NCBI GenBank assembly: GCA_965637545.1
Contig: OZ281494.1
Span: 10,602,001 to 10,666,000, forward strand
Direction: 5' to 3'
Length of the DNA: 64,000 bases
Source of the DNA: Phallusia mammillata
Lineage: Eukaryota
Shown here: in pieces, positions 52,201 through 63,605 of the stretch
Layout: every line of letters starts with the position of its first letter
Numbering within the stretch: the stretch's first letter is position 1
The notes under the pieces: generated by a model
Database searches by the model: none
Seen by the model: only the letters and a program-made list of their open reading frames with translations
What the model was told of the DNA's origin: nothing
Made by a program: the position numbers and the translations under genes

Positions 52201-55200
52201 ATTGAGCCTTTTTTGCGGTTGGACGTTGTACATATCTGTGGTGCATTCACATGCGTTTAAAAAACTGTCCACCAATCTTCTTTCCCATTTAGTTTAAAAA
52301 GTTGTCAACCGTTTTATATGGTTATCATAAATGACTTGCGAGCGCGAAAAACAAGGTTAAAAGCAGCCATAAAACAAATACAAAGTTTGTTACTTTGCTA
52401 CAGCACCAATAAATCAACTTCTCTTTTCAACCTTGAACTTTTGTTTCAGTTTTGACCAATGCAAGCTCAACATCCAACAGCACGACTATAACAAACAAAA
52501 CAATGAATGAAATCATAAGCACGTCGCAGGAAAGGTTAACGTTGGCCACCCCAACCCATCCTAAATCTGACAATACGATCATAGAGGAAGAAGAAGATGA
52601 GAACGCAACCAGGTCTTTGGAGTGGGTTGGAGCCCTTGCGGGAGCTCTGGGAGGTGCAATAACAGCTACAATGATTCTTGCGTGCTGCATCTTTTGCAGG
52701 TAAATGTTATTTGTATAGCGGGAGTACGTTTCAATCAGTGTTAATACTTAATAGTTTATCAAAAGGTCATATTTTACCATTCTTAAGATGCCTTATGATA
52801 TTAGGATGAACTTTTATTGGAGAACTAAAGGTATATAATACTATAACACACAAAAACCGTTACTGACTTTTATAATGTGTCCCAAAACCATGAACCAAAT
52901 GCTTACAATATCGTACTCGCGACGTTAACCTTATTTGGGACGCAGGCCTGTAGCATGAACCGTGTAAATGATGACAGTAGAAATCAGGCAGATTTAGGCC
53001 ACAACCATATTTAGTAAATAGAAACACAACTTAACAAGTTTTCCACTTCCTGAGTGATTGCGATTTGGCTCCAACGCATAAATCGACATTTACGTCTGCA
53101 GTTCCATAACAAAACAAAAACTCGGTCCAGTTTTATGTCATTGGTTTTTCTGTTTGCCGGGTTCGTTCGCGGTCGCTAAAAAGCAAGTCAAGCAAACCAT
53201 TGACATCAATCAACGCCCATTGCGCCAACATCAATTAATAATCGTCTGCTTGCTGTCTGGCTCATGAGAGGCTTCCACATGCAACTTTGCAGCAAATGTC
53301 GAAACCCGTCGTGATTACATGACGATAGTCGTTTTGTTGTGATAAAAAGATTTTGGCGCATTCCAGTTTTAAGAATGTTAAGCGGTTGTGACGTAGGTGT
53401 CAGATTGAGTTCGAGATTTGGTTCTAAATCCATGAAACTCCCGGAAGTGACATAATGCCTGATGGTGACATCGTTTTAGTTGTATTGCTTGTGATTGATG
53501 TATGGTTATTTTGCATATCATGCTGCAACAAGGAACAGCTGTCCCGATGAGTTTAGATGTTATACCTTTCCGCTTAGGACAATTTCACATTTTAAGTGCA
53601 CATACAAACTTGACTACTGCATTTGTCCTTCAAATGTCATTGCGGCGTAGTCGAATTTACCAACAAAATTTGATTTCGAATTGACCAGCAAAATTTGATT
53701 TCGAATTGAGATATATTGAAACCATAGCTTTACAAGTTTAGTTGCTCACACCAAACACAATCGATTTACATAAACATTAAAAGAAAAAAAACGTTTTCTA
53801 ACTCAAAAACAATCTAATTTACAGAAAACGCAGAAACAACATGAAGGACCTCGACTCATCCAGTGCAAGACAGAAATACGAAACGGACGGAACTGTGGAC
53901 TTTAACTATGTGTCAGGCAAAGACTACGTTTCCCAGTCATTTACCGACCAAGGCAACAGTCATGTGTACGACGATTCGACCGATCCGCCTGAATTTAGAC
54001 GCAACGCTTTGTATTCCAACACACAAGCCTTCATGATGGTACCAGTGCGATAAGACCAGCAGAACCCTTTAAACGGTTTTAAAAGTTGATCGCGGCATTC
54101 TGGTTGAGCGGGAGTATTGTCTAGGCGGCGGTTCGACTCGATGTCGGGATCTTGCATTGCTGCAATGAAGTGGACTCCACATAAACGTAACTCAAAAAAG
54201 GCATCAAAACATAGCAAACATTACTACAGAAGATTTGGAATCATAAAAAGCACACTCACTAAACCCGACGACGTTGCATCAGATAAGGAAACGGAACATT
54301 TCAGCAAAAATTGTATAAAGACGAGTAAAGAATGGTTCAAAGTGGAAGCCCAAGATGAACTATTTGTTGTGAACACTAACGACATTTTTTTTTCTAATAG
54401 TTCAATTTCTGAGTCCAGGGCTGTGACGTCATTTGATTGACAAGTCATTGGCTGAGCTTCAAGGGCGTCGATTTGATTAATGTTTGATGCTTTGCTGCTG
54501 CTGTTGTTATTGTTGTTGTCATTACATTTCTCGGTACGTCTTTATATTTTTGTTACATTGGTACATGATTCAATGCATATTATATCATAATAAACGTCAT
54601 ATTTTCTAAAGACTTGTGCAAAACATTGTTACCAAATTTTAAAACAGGTTAAAAAACAAAAAAGACTGACCATGACCATGAAACGTAGACAGGCATAAAG
54701 TGGTACAAATTAAGAGCAAAAATTTTAAATTGGACCAAAATGTCAACCACTCCATTGCTTGATGACGTATTAGCTGAGGTCGAAAACGTTTTTAGCTGAG
54801 TGACCAAATGAAACCAAATATTTTGAAATGCATGTTCGTGACAGCCACACATTTTTGCAAATGTGTGATTTTTGTAAATAAATAGCAACGAATTTACAGT
54901 TCATTATTTGTTACATAATGAAATGCAAACTAAGATTTGTCGGAAAGACAGACGCAGTCATCAAAAGAGCAACATCTGGCTTGCGAGCCTCAGGTTACCA
55001 ACTTCTGCGTTACAAGGACCAAACAATGCCATTAGTACCAAGGTTTTAGCTACCTCACCATGACATTGCATGTTTAAGTTATAAAATACGACGATATCAA
55101 GAGAAACTCCGTTTAAGCTTCTTGGGCAGGCACAAATCCACACAAGCCATCTAAAGCACCACGTATGCCATCTAGCGGTCGTCTTTAAAGGACATGGTTT

Positions 55201-58200
55201 GTTTCGCAAAAGCTCGTTTATGCTGGGGTCAAGCGGGTTACAGTGATGACCGAATCTTGCTCAAAAGAGGTTTAAAGTTTGGTTTCAAAACCAAACCGAA
55301 TTTTGTAATATCTTGAAGCAAAGACGCATTCAGTGTCTCATCTATTACTTGGCTGCACCAAAAATAAAATACCGTTATTCGTAATTTGTGAAGAAAAGGA
55401 ATATTTAACACAATATTTGTAATGGGCGTTAAGAAACTTTAGGCAATGATATTATTTTCAGAAATGGTCGGAAAACTTTGAACTTCACTAAAACGTAGCG
55501 TCAATCGTATACTTTGGTGCTTCACCAGCCACCGCAGTACAAATAGGTTACAATGGAAACGACAAAGCAATTATCTAACTTCCTATCTAATGCGAGCGCC
55601 TATTAAATCTTTCAAACATTGAATGCCGCGAAACAATGACCAACTGTAAAAATCCCGCAATGCAATTCTCGAGTAATATGCTTTACCGGCATACAACTGT
55701 AATTGCGTAACAATGAATTTGAATTGTATTTTTTCAAACCGAATCGGTTTCAAAACCAAAGAGAAATATTAAAAACAAATCATTAGGGCTCTTGAAAAGC
55801 CAATACAACATTAAAACCATCCTTTTGGGACCAATGAGGGTTTATTGAGGACATGCGCATACGCTTAGGTTTAAAAGTGCTGACGCCAGGTGACTCATAG
55901 CTGCTGATGACGTAACAAGCTTCCCGTCACAGGCGCCGCGACATCGAGCGGAGATCGTCATCTGTCACTAACATGTTTGGAATAAACGTGCCATTCAAAG
56001 TCCATCCGCAGTAATGCGTAATGCACATGCATGCTTGGGAAAGACAAACCCGCTGGTTGGGCAACTGGGCAGATACTCTAAGCTAATTTACGGTTCCTAA
56101 TGTTAATGCGTTAAAAGAACACTGTTGAGGGTTGCAGCATCGAGCTATAAAAAAGCAGGAAAACATTTGGTACATTACATTTAGCCGTTTAAAGGTTTTG
56201 TTGTGCTTGTTTGGTTCTTTGCAGTTTGGTTTTTACGTGAAAAAATGCTATGACAGTTTTATGGAGCCTAAGACATATTGCTCATTTCGAACAGAAAAGT
56301 TTCTAGAAAAGTATGTTGCAATAAGCTTCCCTTAAACCAAAACATAGTGCTTTTGTGTACAACGTAAGAACGCAATTGTGTTGTTCATTTACACCTTTTT
56401 GTTGTTGCAGGCCTGAGACGGCGATTTAAAATTGAAGGGTGCGTTCAGATTTCAGAACCCAGTTTAAGCAGTTGGATTTACGTAAAAGACGCAGGGTTTT
56501 GAAAATCGCAAAATTGTAAGCTCTTGAAATACCAGGTTGTAAAGCTGTAATGTCGTGTGGCTTCTGCCAAGCAACGGGGCGAGAAATAGTAACCGGTCAA
56601 CTGCGAAGCTATAGTGCAAAGCGCAGCAAACACAGCGTTGTAAGATACTAATCGAAATGTTTGGTAAACATGTAGGTGGGAGTTTTGTACACAGCACTGA
56701 GAAAAAAAAATTGACAAGATAAGACATACAGCATTTGTAAATTATGACTCAGCCATCATATGCTTAGATTGGCAGGACTTATTATTGTATAATTGCGGTT
56801 TTGTGTTCTTACTGTGAGGACAAACAACGCCACTTCTTAACAATTAGGACGTCTGTGTAAACATTGCTTTAGGATCGGGCTCAAATAACAAGAATTTTCA
56901 ACGTCTAATAAAAGACTACCGCATTTTTCACAAGTCACCGTGGATTCGCCAGTCACGCTAAGTAAGCACAGCGTACGACGAACTCAAAACAAGCAGTCAT
57001 TATTCGTTCAGTAAAAAAGGCGCTTTATCGGTCCGGTAAACAGCAAGTTCCCATAGGAAGCTAAATGGATTTACATGGATCGGTGCAACATACACCACAA
57101 GGCTGATTTCTCTTGTAGCGTAGATTTTCTGTAGATCTAGTTTTAGACCACTTGGTTTGGAAAGAAATGAAAAAATATAAATGCAATGAAGCTATACTTT
57201 AACATGGCTGCACAGCAATCGCTAAACCAGATCAAGGCAACAAAAAGATTTAGGTACAGTACGAATCTGATTTAAACAATGCAGTAATCGTAAAATAGTC
57301 CAGGAAGGGCAATTGGCACATTCTGGCCGTATTTGTGCTAAAGTTAGTGGCCAGGCAGCGTTGAATTGTAAAGGGCTTTGAACCGTATTGTGTTGTATTG
57401 TACGCTGGGTGGTTACCACAGGATTAAAAGCATTGTAAATAGAGGCAAACAAAAGACAGTCAGAACTTTAAACAGAAGTACTGTTCCTGGTTTGCGATGA
57501 TAACCTAAAACGTATGTGTTATAATTAATTTTAAGAGATCCATTGCCTTATTACTTGGGTTTTCTGGCGTCGTGACATGTCAAAGCTAAGGAAAATCTTA
57601 CGCCATCAAAATCGCCATGAAAGCCTAGCCTATGCGGCCAGAAACCACCATTTTTGTAACAAATCATACAAAAGCGCTGAGTTAAGGTATAAAAATAGCT
57701 TCAGGTAGCATCATGAGTAAAAACAGTCGAGCAGCACAAAAAAGCCGTGGTGTATATCATCGATAATTGCAGACAGGTCAAACGCGTGCTTGCAATCCCA
57801 ACCAGGAAGCTCTATTGGTTGGTAAGCAAGATCGTTTTTTTAAGCAGAGGTGGCAGTGGTGTTGTCGTTGTAATTACCTTTCGATGCGGTGGTGTTATTG
57901 GGAATGTTACAGATCAAACCACAGTTAAAAGTCGATGGCAAAGGCATGCGGCGAAATATTACGAATTAAGTATTTTTGGAAATTAAGTCACATTTCTCAG
58001 AAATGCTGGTCACGAAGGCAACTTCACTGAGCTAGCATGTATATTACTCCATCATCATGTCGCCGAAACATACGGATTCGCCGAATAAAATACATGTAAA
58101 AAGTTATTCTCATTGAAAAGTGGACTGCTAATACTTGAAATGAAAGTCTCAATACCTTTACACTGTGTTGCAGTAATAACGTTTTTTATACGCTGTACAG

Positions 58201-61200
58201 CCTGCTTGGTTAACATAGGCAAGGAATGGGATGTGCTTTATTTAAACAAACTGATTTCACAATGGTGCATTTCTGAACAAGTATAGGAAAGGACACAACT
58301 GAGAATCATGCCACCAAGTGACCGTGTGCTACAGGTCCTGTGTTTATCGTTAAAAGTGATAACAACGTTGAGACCAGGTAAGCAATGTTTACAATACGTT
58401 TCATGGTAAAGCATGGTGATCACATTTGTATTGAAACCAAAGCAGGATGTTTTGGATTTATTTTCAAACCCTGCATTTAATTGATGTTTCATAAATATGC
58501 CGTTTCCTGTCAGTTACTAATTTGTCAAACTGATAAACTCGTATTCATTTTGTTGGCGCGTGTCGGATATTTATAAAGTAATGATAATGTGTGTTGATTA
58601 AGCTAAGTTTCAACATGGTGCCTGGTGCTACTTATAAATGAATTGCATTAGTGTTAGTCACGCGAGTCGTGACATTTACGCAATGTTTCGGCCAACGACC
58701 AACGACAATCATGAATTCTATTGCAATTGCTGGTTGAAAACAAAAGTACAAAAAAGTAACCATCTATATGAAATTTTCTGCCCATGTTTGAAATCTAAAT
58801 TCAAGTTGTTGTTTTTTTCAGTGTGTGCAGCTTCACAGCGTGTTATAACACCCCACGCCGCTACAACAATTCACTCGAATGACATGTCCCATAGCAACGT
58901 ATCTTCACACGGCAATGGGACGGCCCATGGCAACGGAACATCGCATGGCAACGCTCACCATGGTTTCGACCATCATCTGGTCACATGGTTGTCAGCTCTG
59001 GGCATGTTATGTGCAATTGCATTGTTTGGGGGGATATTTTTATATGTTTACAATAAGTAAGTACAGTAATACATATTTGAAAAACAATTAAGCATACAAG
59101 ATAAATGCTTATGACAAAAAAAGACTTTCGAAATTAGTACACGTACGATCACAGCCAAATTTGACATACAATCGCTTCAAACCTGAGATAGTGATTCAAC
59201 AAAGTCACTCAATTTTTTTAAAATTAAACAGCCTTACAACAACAGCAAACAAAGAAGCGAAATGCTCAATGAAAGGTTCCCCATAGGGTGCTCCAAAACG
59301 CTTGAATTGCATTTATAACTGATATTAGTGTCCAGATACGACATATGGTACCCCTTAAATAATACGCCATTCGAATTTTGTGCTGGGTTTGTGGAACCAG
59401 TAAGACTGTCATATCAAACAGTGATCATGTGTTGAAGTACGAAGTATATCGCGGTGAATTAGTTCGACAACGAACCTTATTTGCATATTTTTTTCGCATG
59501 AGCAGATTTCACCTCCCAGCCAAGGAGGCGGAGAAGAAAAAAATGCTCACGAAGACAAAATCACCGAACACTTCACCAGGAATAATCGGAATCGGTCCAG
59601 CTCCCGTCAAGGTCAAAGCTTCACCGACAAAGCACTATGACGTCACGGTTGACGTCATCCACGCAAAAGACGATCACGTGAGCGTGGTGGCGATAGACGA
59701 ACACAGCAAAGACCCTGATACGCCAGGCACATCCAGTCAAGAAAACGACGTACCTGATCATATGCCGCCTGACTATCACACACTGGTTTTAAATACTGCT
59801 GACAAGGAAGATTCAGCTTAAGTACAAGAGTTAGTTTAACCACAGAACAAGTGGTGCTTGGATTGCATATGCAGCTAAAGTTGCACATTTACTGCCAAAA
59901 GTACGACAAATCTTGATATAAAACGACTTTAATATTAAACTGCACTATAGGATAATTTTCAGCACTTAAGAAAGCTAGAACAAATTGAAATTGAATTTTT
60001 GGAATTAAACGACTTCAATACCGAATCTTAGAACCATGGCGACTGAAACAATTTGCCCTGGGAACTATGCATACGAGTCACCGTGTTAGATGCTTTGCGG
60101 TACAAAGTGGCTCTTGTTCTTCGCAGTACGAGTATTGCACTTTGAACTGTTATTTGTTTTTGAGTTTTAAGTTGAAGATTTTCTTTGAACATTTATTCAT
60201 CGAAAACACAAAGACTTTTCTATTTTTTTGTCTTATGTTGCATTTTATCATAGCATTTTGGGGTGCCCCTGCGTGGTAATAAGCTCCAGAGCGGAGCAAA
60301 TTATATGTTGATTGTTGCATTTTTTTCGAATAGTTTTGCTCCCAAAATATTAGTTATGACGCTGGCCTTAATTCGGTGCCATTACGACTATTTAAAAATC
60401 GTTGCAATCAACAGAAGTACCCATGATAACATATCGTTGCTATATGTGCGTTTGGTCGTAAAAGCTTTTGTTCGTTTTACAAAGTACTGTGTTGTGTGTG
60501 TGCTTGTTTACACGCCTTAAAATACCCTTAGTAAATGGAGACGAAAGAAAATCTGGCTTCAGTCAAGTTAAAGGCTGCAACACTGCCAATAAACGCATCA
60601 TAAAAGCAGATACAACAACTCAGTTACAAGTCAGCAGTGAGATTGTACTTGAGTAAATAACAAGATATAACACTGGAGATTTACATAACAGTTGCTTTTG
60701 GCAAACATAACCAGGTTGATTTCACAAAGGTTACGCTAAGTTTATCCCTTGTGGATCACGCAAAAAAATCAAAGACGTCTGGTCGTTTGGTGCACAGTTA
60801 TCCCTAAATACTTCAAATTTACAAACTGACCTGTCTGTGATTCAATGTCAAAATTTTCGCCGTCAATGGAGAAATGGTTAATTTTATTGTCAGCTGAACG
60901 ATCTGCATCCGATGAGAGCAAGGTTATTACACGACTTCCAACGGGCAAATCCTCCGGAATATCGACTTCATATATTGATTGGTTAAACTGCGGTGGGTTG
61001 TCGTCAACGTCCTGTAACGGTAGAAGTTGTTACTTTGTGTGTGGTTCTATTCAGTACAAGGTACATAATAATGGAAAGTATTAATATTGGTAAGATCGAG
61101 TAAATTTTTTTTTTCAAGAATCACGACTTAAAGTGATTTTTTAATCGGTATTTTTTTAGCATAGAAAAGAACTATACTGGGATATTTCACAGCTTAACAG

Positions 61201-63605
61201 GTCCATATTACATAACACAAAGTTATAACCGGCCGATTTTTTCCAATTATGCTTGCAGCATATACCAGGTACAAGAATCATATATGCAATGGGATTCGAA
61301 CCGATGACTTAGAAACCAAAACCATCTTTCATTTCAAAAGTTTCTGTACACAATCTTGTATACCGTACACCATCACACGTAGGTGATAAAAAAATGGTGA
61401 TTATTTGTCAAATAATAAAGTTTCAACTTACATCCACAACCACAACGATATTGGCCTCATCAAAAAGTTGGTGATTATTGGCATCCACAGCTTGCACGGT
61501 TAAGTTGTAAACTTCATCAACATCTGGTAAGTCTACGTCAATAGACCGTTCAACACTGAGTAAACCGCTGTTAGGATCCAAGCTAAAAGTTCCATTGAAA
61601 TTGTCCAATAAACGAAAGAACATGCTGAAATTTGAAGTACTATCAGCATCATGGACCTAAATAAAACAAAAAAATATCTCTATACAATTGAAAAATCTTT
61701 TTTGGAAAACCCACACACTTTTAAGGTCATGACTTCGGCACCAGTAGTTTCCTCTGTCACGTGGTATTGCTCTAACCAATCAGACCGTTCCAACACAGGG
61801 ACGTTGTCATTTAAATCCTCCACACTCAGTGTTACTTGGACTGGCTTAGAATATTGGATGGTTTCCCCATACGTGATAATGGCGTAAACGCACAGCGCAT
61901 AAGCACTGGTTTCTTCACGGTCAAGTGGCTCCGTTGTGTAAATCGTTCCACTTGTTGGTTGAATACTAAACCGTCTATAAACCATAAGAGATATATGCTA
62001 TAAATTACGCAGTGTATACGTCAACATTCTTTAACACTCAGGTTTATATTAAAATACAGTAGGTTACGTCAGGCTTATTACAAGCGTTGTGCCCAATCAG
62101 CCGGTCACCAAGCATTACTACATATGGTACGGCATAGGAAAACTAAAAATCAGCCTGCGGTGGAATTCGAACCCACGACAGAAGTATTTCTTGGGATTCG
62201 CGTTCTACCAACTGAGCTACGCAGGCTCAGTGGAAAATCCGCCGAAAGTCGAATCACAACCACCGTTGCCTGACTCGTGTGCTGCACATGTCAGCTTCGT
62301 AGCAGGGATTTGTCAGGTCAAACATTAATAAGTTAAGATGACGATAAATTTATCTATCTTCAGGTCAACAATAAGTTTGATTAGCATGAAACTTGCAAAA
62401 ACGTTTTCAGGTTAAGTTTATTTTTTATTTGGGTAGTTATCGGCAAAACAGTTTTGCTAGCAAGCAAGTTGTGTGCGGTTTTGTAGGAATATAAGGGTAC
62501 CTGTTTGAAGAACACAATTCGTAGACCACATCAGCTGCAGGATTCAGGCCCATTTCGTCCAACTAAAACAAAATTACATTTAAGAGGGTAAAAGTGTTAG
62601 ACATATCTAGTACATACCTGCACCATACCAACAGTGGTATTGGTCGGTTCGTTTTCGTCGACTTCAAAGTAGTAGTGGGTTGCGTTAAAAGTTGGCGAGT
62701 TTATGTGATCTTCCTTGACAGTTATGTTTATGGTGGTAAAAGATGACTAAAATAAACAAAAAATATTTGGTTCTTTCGAAAGTAAAATGATACGGAACAA
62801 TAAAAACACCCAAGAATATTTAAAATCATGCCTTCACAGTCAAGGTGAACATACATAATGAAGTACTGTAAAGTGGTATCATTGAATTTATAGTACATGT
62901 AAGGTGTAAAGCAGTGGTGGCCAACCTATGGCGCATGCGCCAAACGTGGCGCATTGCATGATTAGAAAGGGCGCATTGCCTTCTTTTGATAATCATGAAA
63001 ACCAAATTAATAAACTATAAAATTAATAAAGTAAGCCAGCCCTGTTAATTATATAGTTTATCAGAGTTCTTTTTTGCTTAATAGTTCTTATTACTTATTA
63101 CTATCCTTCTCATGCGAAAGTTGTTTCTTTCTCTTTCTCTCTATATACAAGAAGTAGTCATAGAAGGTGGGGTTACGAGACATTTATGGCGCATCCAACA
63201 CAGTATGTTAAAAAGTTGGCGAATGGTATGTAGAAGGTTGGCCACCCCTGGTGTAAAGCATACGCACTAAAATCAGGCTATAGTAACAACAACAAACATA
63301 TTACACTTACAAACTGCCCGTCAGCGGCCTCAACCGTCAGCAAATACGGTTCATAACTTAACAGTTCGCGGGTTCGAACCTCAGCCCAGTCATCGCGGAC
63401 AATAAGCTCAAACGGTATTTCATCGTCAGTGAACGTGTACGACAAATTGTGATTAGAAGCATCAGGATCTTTGGCTGACAACACTAGCACCAATGCACCG
63501 GGTACAGAAGATTTACTGACATTGGTAAAATAGACAAGTTGCGTGAAAACTGGAGGATGCTCGTTAACGTCTTCGACTTTTATATTGACAATGCAAAAGT
63601 CGCGC
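37271..63605 (-). CDS. Large cadherin-related (CDH23/PCDH15/CDHR-like) type I membrane protein; 5' end lies outside the window
   Basis: Exons (minus): 63605-63311, 62746-62618, 62562-62501, 61974-61719, 61656-61432, 61011-60831, 47954-47607, 47380-47257, 46937-46859, 45883-45772, 45299-45070, 44864-44711, 43850-43720, 43387-43251, 43127-42927, 42691-42554, 42202-42123, 41694-41467, 41388-41200, about 40773-40735 (uncertain), 40346-40179, 39880-39728, 39455-39375, 39317-39210, 39136-38976, 38791-38593, 38428-38162, 37588-37271. At least 9 EC repeats (DVNEHPP, EDLNDNVP, DVDDNPP, DVNDNVP, NVNDNPP, DINDNKP; LDRE/LDYE/LDFE), then a Thr-rich stalk, TM LYLLVPLVVVSSLFILFFASVLAYW, and a tail ending STAF. 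Confidence 0.88.
37724..38092. mobile_element. MITE with CAGAGTTGTAA TIRs in the last cadherin intron
   Basis: CAGAGTTGTAA / TTACAACTCTG; TSD ATACAGGT / GTACAGGT (7 of 8 match); internal CCCGAACCC/CCCGGCCC motifs. Confidence 0.82.
40901..41037. repeat. 37-bp tandem repeat, about 3.7 copies (TTTACAAATAGGCCACGTTTTTGTGACAAAATAAAAA)
   Basis: ACAAATAG(G/A)CC starts at 40904, 40941, 40978 and 41015; intronic. Confidence 0.93.
41860..41985 (-). mobile_element. tRNA-derived SINE-like remnant
   Basis: The minus strand has a Pol III A box TGGCCGAATGG (41975-41965) and a B box GGTTCGAACCC (41910-41900), followed by an A-rich tract. It does not form a full cloverleaf. Confidence 0.6.
49519..54053 (+). 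CDS. Nested gene A: single-pass membrane protein with signal peptide, Cys-rich kringle/FN2-like module, fibronectin type II-like domain, S/T stalk, TM and Tyr-rich tail
   Basis: Exons 49519-49582 (MQDIIAIFFFFFSTLFTNCAS), about 49761/49772-49970 (C..C..C...C...YCW...WDYCGEPC), 50635-50811 (DGRPCILPVTYNRVRYNVC...PFCVV...RC), 52450-52699 (stalk plus WVGALAGALGGAITATMILACCIFC) and 53825-54053 (RKRR...tail). The exon 1 to exon 2 phase fits only if the weak acceptor at 49760 is used. Extra exons in 50.8-52.4 kb are not excluded. Confidence 0.72.
53660..53709. repeat. 25-bp tandem duplication (CCA[A/G]CAAAATTTGATTTCGAATTGA x2)
   Basis: Two adjacent copies with one mismatch, in an intron of nested gene A. 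Confidence 0.85.
58308..59821 (+). CDS. Nested gene B: small single-pass membrane protein with a His-rich ectodomain and a PPxY-containing tail, about 206 aa
   Basis: Exons 58308-58377 (tentative; strong GTAAG donor, phase 1), 58822-59056 (HSNDMSHSNVSSHGNGTAHGNGTSHGNAHHGFDHH plus TM LVTWLSALGMLCAIALFGGIFLYVY) and 59506-59821 (K-rich juxtamembrane segment, ...HMPPDYHTL...). Splice phases are consistent. Confidence 0.72.
62153..62226 (-). pseudogene. tRNA-like sequence (tRNA pseudogene or SINE head) with a disrupted anticodon arm
   Basis: Minus strand: GCCTGCG TA GCTCAGTTGGTAGAAC G CGAATCCCAAGAAATAC TTCTGTC GTGGGTTCGAATTCCAC CGCAGGC. It has a perfect 7-bp acceptor stem, near-canonical D and T arms with A/B boxes, and a following TTTTT, but only 2 of 5 anticodon-stem pairs. 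Confidence 0.7.
62912..63250. mobile_element. hAT (Buster-like) MITE in a cadherin intron
   Basis: TIRs CAGTGGTGGCCAACCT / AGGTTGGCCACCCCTG; exact TSD GTGTAAAG (62904-62911, 63251-63258). Confidence 0.92.

Noticed and set aside
51240-52250. Additional Cys/Trp-containing exons for nested gene A
   Set aside because: Candidate frames contain stops or phase conflicts, and the flanking exons (50811 to 52450) already join in phase.
54117-54448. 107-aa ORF just after nested gene A
   Set aside because: It follows the stop codon directly (probable 3'UTR), has no domain signal and no clear splice linkage.
62153-62226. Functional tRNA-Leu(CAA)
   Set aside because: The anticodon stem is unpaired and the long variable arm expected of tRNA-Leu is absent.
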